Below, one piece after another: positions 58,870 through 64,000 of a stretch of 64,000 nucleotides of DNA (position 1 is the stretch's first letter; each line of letters opens with the position of its first letter). The position numbers and the translations under genes were made by a program. This stretch comes from an uncultured Chloroflexia bacterium. GTDB taxonomy: Bacteria; Chloroflexota; Limnocylindria; Limnocylindrales; CSP1-4. The stretch spans positions 23,643-87,642 of the forward strand of contig CAWBQM010000004.1 in NCBI GenBank assembly GCA_963790955.1, given 5' to 3'. Under the pieces are notes generated by a model, which did not search any database, was not told where the DNA came from, and saw only the letters and a program-made list of their open reading frames with translations.

Positions 58870-59144
58870 ATCGTCACCGCCTGGGGTCGGGCGAAGCCTT
58901 CCGGCGTGCGCAAGTGCTTGAAGGTCGTCATCACCTCATTGCCACCTCGGCCGAAGTCGTCGTGGAGCCGCATGCACCCGCGGTACAAGCCGTATGCGCG
59001 CGGACCAATCCTAGCCATGACACGGCGATCCCGGGGCGGCACGCCGGTCCCGGGGCGACCGGCGGATCCCGGGGCGACCGGCCCCAACATCGCCGCCGAG
59101 CGCCGCCGCCCGGCCCGACACGAGCAGATGGAACGTGCGGCTCA

Positions 59145-59696
59145 TCACGTTGGTGTCGATCGGCTTGACGCATGACGCGGCCGAGCGGCCGTCTCGAGCT
59201 GGCGGGCCGGGTCGGCATGCCACGCCAGCAGGCGGTCGACGAACACGCCCTGGGCAGGGTTCAGGCGCCGACGCGCAGCGTCGGGGCTCGACCACGCAAC
59301 GCGGTCGATCTCGGGCACGGTGATTCGCCGGCCCGACCGCGGCGGCCACTCGAGCTCGAAGGTCATGCACTGCAGCGTCTCGGGATCGAAGTCGCCCTCG
59401 GCGGCCCATGCCTCGATGACCTTGCCACCCTTCTGACGGGCCTCGCCAAGCTCGATCCACTCGCCAGTGGGGGCGTCCGAGCCGGTCTCCTCACGGAATT
59501 CGCGCCGGGCCACGTCGATCGGCTCCTCGCCGGGCCCGATCTCGCCCTTGATCACGCTCCAGGCCCCGTCGTCACGATGCGACCATAAGGGGCCGCCGGG
59601 GTGAGCGATGAGCACTTCGACCCAGGGCTCAGACGGCCCGGACGGACCGGACCGCCTTGCATGCCGAAACAGGAGCAGGCCTGCACTGCGCGTCAC
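59145..59696 (-). CDS. NUDIX hydrolase
   Basis: Nudix box GEIGPGEEPIDVARREFREETG. GTG start at 59696. The long N-terminal extension in the ORF track crosses a tandem repeat and is unlikely to be translated. Confidence 0.75.
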   Translation of the reverse strand: MTRSAGLLLFRHARRSGPSGPSEPWVEVLIAHPGGPLWSHRDDGAWSVIKGEIGPGEEPIDVARREFREETGSDAPTGEWIELGEARQKGGKVIEAWAAEGDFDPETLQCMTFELEWPPRSGRRITVPEIDRVAWSSPDAARRRLNPAQGVFVDRLLAWHADPARQLETAARPRHASSRSTPT

Positions 59697-59744
59697 GGGC
59701 TCGATTATCGGGCAGATGGGGCGGCGGCCGAACGCTCGGCGCCC

Positions 59745-59860
59745 CGGGCCTGCGGACCGATCCGGGCCTCCGCACCGATCCCAGGGCCTGGGGCCCTGAT
59801 CACGGGCCTGCGGACCGATCCGGGCCTCCGCACCGATCCCAGGGCCTGGTGCCCTGATCA
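59745..59860. repeat. 58-bp tandem repeat x2 (plus partial third copy), itself built from an 18-bp subunit CGGGCCTSCGSACCGATC
   Basis: cgggcctgcggaccgatccgggcctccgcaccgatcccagggcctgg[g/t]gccctgatca occurs twice in tandem. It lies about 50 nt upstream of the NUDIX start. Confidence 0.8.
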
Positions 59861-60341
59861 CGGGCATGCGTACCCCATCCTCGCCATGCGTGCAACAGGC
59901 GCACGTTCGCCGGCCATTGCCCAGCGCCCACCACCTTCGCCGCCACGCGGCACGCACGCCTACGGGCCATCGATCGGGCGATCGGGTGGCTGTCCCGGGA
60001 ATCACACGTCGAACGTGCACCAGGCGCACACCTGGCAACGTCCGACGGTCGACCCTCCGGATCACGACCCGCCGTGAGGCGCCCGGCCGCCACGCGGCCG
60101 GGCGCCCCCGCCCATCAGCGCCTGCCGCTGGCCGATTTGCTCAGCGAGACCGTGGCCTCCGCATAGGACTCACTCCACAGGTCTGTGTAGCCAAGGCCGA
60201 TCGCGACCGTGGCCAACTTGCCGCCGGCAAACACGCCCGTTGTCGCCCGAGGTGAACGCATCCCAGGTTTGCGACGTGCCGTCGCACGGCGTCTCGATAT
60301 CGTCGGTAGGCGTTTCCAGGTCGTCGGCCGGGCGCCGATCA

Positions 60342-61886
60342 CTAGTTGTCGATCTGCGCCTTCTGGAGTCGGCCGCTGAAGTCGACGTAGATCGACTTCC
60401 ATTCGGTGAACGTGTCGAGCGCCACGTGGCCGGCCTCGCGGTGGCCGTTGCCGGTCTCCTTCCAGCCACCGAACGGCAGGTGCGTCTCGGCGCCGATCGT
60501 GCCCGCGTTCACGTACACGATGCCCGTCTCGAAGTCGCGCATCGCCCGGAAGGCGCGGTTGACGTCGCGCGTGTAGATCGAGCTCGAGAGGCCGTACCGC
60601 GTCTGGTTCAGGGCGGTGACGGCGGCGCTGTAATCGGCGACCGGGATGACCGACAGCACCGGTCCGAAGATCTCCTCCTGGCCGATCCGGTCCATGGGCT
60701 TCACGCCGGCGAAGATCGTCGGCTCGAAGAAGTGGCCGTGCTCGAGCCCCTCACCAGTCGCCCGCCGGCCCCCGAGCACGAGTTCGCCCTCACCCCGTCC
60801 GATCTGGATGAAGCCCTCCACCTTGTCGACCGCGCCGGCGTTGATCAGCGGCCCGACGTCCGTGGCCGCGTCCGATCCGTCGCCCAGCCGGAGCGCGTGG
60901 GCCCGCCGTTCGAGCCGCTCCAGCAGCGGTTCCAAGACCGGCTGCTCAACGATGACTCGCGAGCAGGCCGTGCAACGCTGGCCGGTCGTGCCGAACGCCG
61001 ACCACAGGATGCCGTCCGTGGCGAGATCGAGATCCGCGTCCGCGAGCACGACGATGCCGTTCTTGCCGCCGAGCTCGAGACTCAGGCGCGTGAGCCGCTG
61101 CGCCGCTCGGGCGGCGATCGCCTTGCCCGTCGACGAGTGACCGGTGAACGAGATGACCTGCACGTCGGGGCTCTCGACGATCGCGTCGCCGACCTCCGCG
61201 CCCGAACCCGTCACCAGGTTGACGGTGCCCGCCGGAAACCCGGCCTCGGCCATGAGCTCGACGAGAAACGTCGCGCAGTGCGGTGTGTCACTGGCCGGCT
61301 TGAACACGACGCTGTTGCCGGCCACGAGGGCCGGCATCATCTTCCAGCACGGGATCGCGATCGGGAAGTTCCAGGGCGTGATGATCCCGGCCACGCCGAG
61401 CGGCTGGCGCATCGACATGGCCCATTTGTCGGGCAGCTCGGACGGCACCGTGTCGCCGAACATGCGCCGGCCCTCGCCGGCCATGAGCATCGCGATGTCG
61501 ATGCCCTCCTGGACGTCGCCGCGCGCTTCGGACAGGACCTTGCCCATCTCGCGCGTCATGGCCCTGGCCAGGCGCTCCTTGTGCTCGGCCAAGAGCTGGC
61601 CGAAGCGGAACAGGATCTCGCCCCGCTTGGGGGCCGGCGTTCGGCGCCACAGCGGCCCCGCCGCCTCTGCGGCACGGATCGCCATCCCGACGTCCGCTGC
61701 GGTGCTGCTCTGGAAGCGTCCGACGACGTCGCGAGTGTCGGCCGGATTGTGGCTCTCGAATGTCCGGCCCGACACGGACTCGCACCACTCCCCGGCGATG
61801 AAGTTGCGGAACCTCGGCGGTTCGGCGGCCGCGCCCCGCTCGGCGGCCGCGCCCCGTTCGGCGGCCGCACCGGCTCGCGGTATCAC
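60342..61886 (-). CDS. NAD(P)-dependent aldehyde dehydrogenase
   Basis: ALDH glutamate and cysteine active-site motifs (ELGGKN; FGTTGQRCTA). The N-terminus contains a 15-bp x3 in-frame repeat (AAERGAAAERGAAAE), so the start is uncertain. Confidence 0.85.
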   Translation of the reverse strand: MIPRAGAAAERGAAAERGAAAEPPRFRNFIAGEWCESVSGRTFESHNPADTRDVVGRFQSSTAADVGMAIRAAEAAGPLWRRTPAPKRGEILFRFGQLLAEHKERLARAMTREMGKVLSEARGDVQEGIDIAMLMAGEGRRMFGDTVPSELPDKWAMSMRQPLGVAGIITPWNFPIAIPCWKMMPALVAGNSVVFKPASDTPHCATFLVELMAEAGFPAGTVNLVTGSGAEVGDAIVESPDVQVISFTGHSSTGKAIAARAAQRLTRLSLELGGKNGIVVLADADLDLATDGILWSAFGTTGQRCTACSRVIVEQPVLEPLLERLERRAHALRLGDGSDAATDVGPLINAGAVDKVEGFIQIGRGEGELVLGGRRATGEGLEHGHFFEPTIFAGVKPMDRIGQEEIFGPVLSVIPVADYSAAVTALNQTRYGLSSSIYTRDVNRAFRAMRDFETGIVYVNAGTIGAETHLPFGGWKETGNGHREAGHVALDTFTEWKSIYVDFSGRLQKAQIDN

Positions 61887-62059
61887 GGCACCGAGGCGTC
61901 CAGGCCGAGCTTGCGCAGGATCTGCTGGACCTGGCCGAGCTCCTCGGCCTCCTCCCGCCCGAGGGTCGACTCGAGCAGGCGCAGCGCGGTTCGGATCAGC
62001 GCCAGCTCGTCCTCGCTCAACTCGACCATGGCGGGTGCGGGACGCTCCTTACCGGCGTC
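61883..62059 (-). CDS. small hypothetical helical protein
   Basis: A 58-aa ORF (MTDAGKERPAPAMVELSEDELALIRTALRLLESTLGREEAEELGQVQQILRKLGL) between thiolase and ALDH. Its stop overlaps the ALDH ORF start. Confidence 0.3.
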   Translation of the reverse strand, partial: DAGKERPAPAMVELSEDELALIRTALRLLESTLGREEAEELGQVQQILRKLGLDASVP

Positions 62060-62132
62060 GGTCATCCACGATCTCCCTCGTACCTGCATCTTGGGCCGTC
62101 GGCGCCGATGGGCGCCTGGCATCAGCCCCGGG

Positions 62133-63368
62133 TCATACGCGCTCGAAGGCGGCGGCCACCGATCCCCCACCACCAAGACACAGCGTCGCCAGCCCGTATC
62201 GACCCTGCCGGCGGCGCAGCTCGTGGAGCAGGGTGGCCACGATCCGGGCGCCCGATGCACCGATCGGGTGTCCGAGCGCGATCGCGCCACCGTTGACGTT
62301 GGTCTTTGCCCAGTCGAACCGGAGCGCGCGCCCGTCGGCCAAGGTCTGCGCGGCGAACGCCTCGTTGATCTCGACGAGATCGAACGCCTCGATCGGCAGC
62401 TCGATCCGATCCAGCAGCCGACGCACGCCCTCGATCGGCGCGAGGAACAGCCACTTGGGCTCGACCTCGGCCTGCGCGTAGCCGACGATCCGCGCCAGCG
62501 GCCGCAGGCCGAAGCGCTCGAGCACGCGTTCGGAGACGACCACCGTGGCGGCCGCGCCGTCGGTGATGCCGGGCGCGTTGCCCGCGGTCACGGTGCCCTC
62601 GCTCGCGCCCGCACGATCCTCGTCGCCGGGCAGGTCGAACGCCGGCTTGAGTCGGGCGAGGGCCTCTAGGCTCGTCTCGCGGCGTGGGTTCTCGTCGGTG
62701 TCGACGAGCGTCTCACGGCCACGCGCATCGCGGACGGGCACGGGCACGAGCTCGTCTGCGAAACGGCCGTCGTCGATCGCCGCGATCGCGCGCCGATGGC
62801 TCTCGAGCGCGTACGCGTCCTGATCGGCCCGGCTCACGTGATCCTTGATCGCGACGCGCTCGGCGTGCGTGCCCATGTGGCAGTCCTCGATCGAGCACCA
62901 CAACCCGTCCGCCACCGTGCTGTCCACGAGCGTGCCGTTGCCGAGCCGATACCCGAATCGCGCGTTCGGCACCAGGTACGGCGCACGGTTCATGCTCTCC
63001 ATGCCGCCCGCAACCGCGACCTCGGCGTCCCCGGCCCGGATCTCGGCCGCCGCCAGCATGATCGACTTGAGACCCGAGCCGCACACCCGATTGATCGTCG
63101 TCGCGCTCGCGGTCGACGGTAGGCCCGCCTGGAGCGCCGCCTGACGAGCCGGTGCCTGGCCCGCGCCGGCCTGGAGCACCTGGCCCATGAGGACCTCGTC
63201 GACGGGCGTGCCGTCGGGCAGTCCCGCGCGCTCGACAGCCGCGCGAATGGCGACACCACCCAGCTCGGTCGCGGGCGTTCCTGACAGGGCGCCGGCGAAC
63301 TTCCCGATCGGGGTCCGGGCCGCAGAAACGACGTACACGCCGCCGTTCCGACCGTTCACGTCACCCAT
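62133..63368 (-). CDS. acetyl-CoA C-acetyltransferase (thiolase II)
   Basis: Thiolase signatures (NRVCGSGLKSIMLAA; the active-site Cys region; GGGGS near the C-terminus). Confidence 0.9.
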   Translation of the reverse strand: MGDVNGRNGGVYVVSAARTPIGKFAGALSGTPATELGGVAIRAAVERAGLPDGTPVDEVLMGQVLQAGAGQAPARQAALQAGLPSTASATTINRVCGSGLKSIMLAAAEIRAGDAEVAVAGGMESMNRAPYLVPNARFGYRLGNGTLVDSTVADGLWCSIEDCHMGTHAERVAIKDHVSRADQDAYALESHRRAIAAIDDGRFADELVPVPVRDARGRETLVDTDENPRRETSLEALARLKPAFDLPGDEDRAGASEGTVTAGNAPGITDGAAATVVVSERVLERFGLRPLARIVGYAQAEVEPKWLFLAPIEGVRRLLDRIELPIEAFDLVEINEAFAAQTLADGRALRFDWAKTNVNGGAIALGHPIGASGARIVATLLHELRRRQGRYGLATLCLGGGGSVAAAFERV

Positions 63369-63479
63369 CGTCCGAGTGTACTACCGGGTCTCGGGGGACC
63401 GGCCCGAGGGCGTGGGTATCGTCGGCCCCTCCGCCGCGCCCGGAGCCAGTTGCCCTGGGCGGATGGCGTCGGTCGCTCG

Positions 63480-63650
63480 GGGCGGTCGGTCCGGGCACGT
63501 TTCTTGCCAAGGTGCAGGCACGTTCGTGCCAGCTCGGTCCGGGCACGTTCTTTGCCAGGTCGCTTCGGGCACGCTCCGGAGTGGTCGCTCCGGGCACGTT
63601 CCTTGCCAAAGGTGCAGGGCGCGCACGTTCGCCGACCGTACTCGGCGGTC
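63480..63650. promoter_or_regulatory. array of GGGCACGTTCYTTGCCA / GGCAC-N4-GTGCC inverted-repeat motifs upstream of the thiolase operon
   Basis: ccgggcacgtt(c/t)cttgccaa(a)ggtgcagg occurs three times, with GGCACGTTCGTGCC between two of the copies. Both strands translate to a repetitive low-complexity peptide, so the region is judged non-coding. Confidence 0.45.
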
Positions 63651-64000
63651 GGGGCGGCCCCGGGCACTCGCACAGGCTCAACGGCAGCACGAAACCCCCG
63701 GCCTGCAGGCCTCGTTTCGGGGCACGAAGACGGCCACGTCTCGCTGGTTGCCGTCGAACGTGCGCGGGGCGCCCACATGGCAAGGACGTAGAGCTGGATC
63801 GACGGTGATGGGCGGCGAATGGACGTGCAACGAGAGACGCGCCACGGCGAAGGACCGATGGACCCTGGATCGAGAGCTCGATGGCAGGCTGAACCATATG
63901 GGCGACATCGAGGTCGGGCGATCGCTCCGGGCGGTTCGGCATCGTCGCCGCTTGCGGCAGGTCGACGTTGCTCGGGCTGCGGGAGTCGATCGGACGCTGG

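Noticed and set aside
1-64000. CRISPR arrays, rRNA genes, additional tRNAs
   Set aside because: No regularly spaced short direct repeats with unique spacers were seen. The repeat arrays at 59745 and 63480 lack spacer structure. Only one full tRNA (37280..37354) and one partial copy were found by eye, so other small RNAs may have been missed without a covariance-model search.

Overview
This is a high-GC (about 70%) window, most likely actinobacterial; that lineage call rests on the presence of MMPL and replication-relaxation (Replic_Relax) proteins and is an inference.

Overall structure:
- Conserved housekeeping left end (1-9 kb): an ArsR-type regulator, carB and carA (carbamoyl-phosphate synthase; carB has one apparent frameshift), and an MMPL transporter.
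- Variable accessory region (about 9-37.4 kb). It is patchy in GC content, with several 50-57% GC islands, and is packed with mobile DNA.
- Conserved right end (38-64 kb): a rhamnoside/glycan utilisation locus with a sugar ABC transporter, a LacI regulator and a GH3 beta-glucosidase, followed by NUDIX, aldehyde dehydrogenase (ALDH) and thiolase genes.

Accessory region contents:
- An RHS/YD-repeat polymorphic toxin gene with PD40 beta-propeller repeats. It has a low-GC, hydrophobic C-terminal toxin domain (CT) and is followed by four translationally linked small membrane-protein genes (immunity candidates) and an orphan rhs fragment.
- Three paralogous modules of the form [small Cys-rich secreted betagamma-crystallin-like protein]-[ABC ATPase]-[ABC-2 permease(s)]. 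In every copy the small-protein gene is disabled by a different lesion (an IS256 insertion with an 8-bp target-site duplication, a 1-nt frameshift, or a 5' truncation), while the transporters stay intact.
- An approximately 14.7-kb integrative island at tRNA-Lys(CTT). It carries a tyrosine integrase and is flanked by an approximately 455-bp direct repeat (the integrase N-terminus plus the tRNA 5' half) that ends exactly in the anticodon loop. Inside it are Replic_Relax genes within a perfect 1.47-kb direct repeat, IS30, IS3 and IS630 remnants, secreted proteins, and a DUF4160/DUF2442 pair.

In the right-hand locus, two tandem GH78-like rhamnosidase genes are riddled with frameshifts, while a third paralog is intact.

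Several non-coding tandem and inverted-repeat arrays are also noted.
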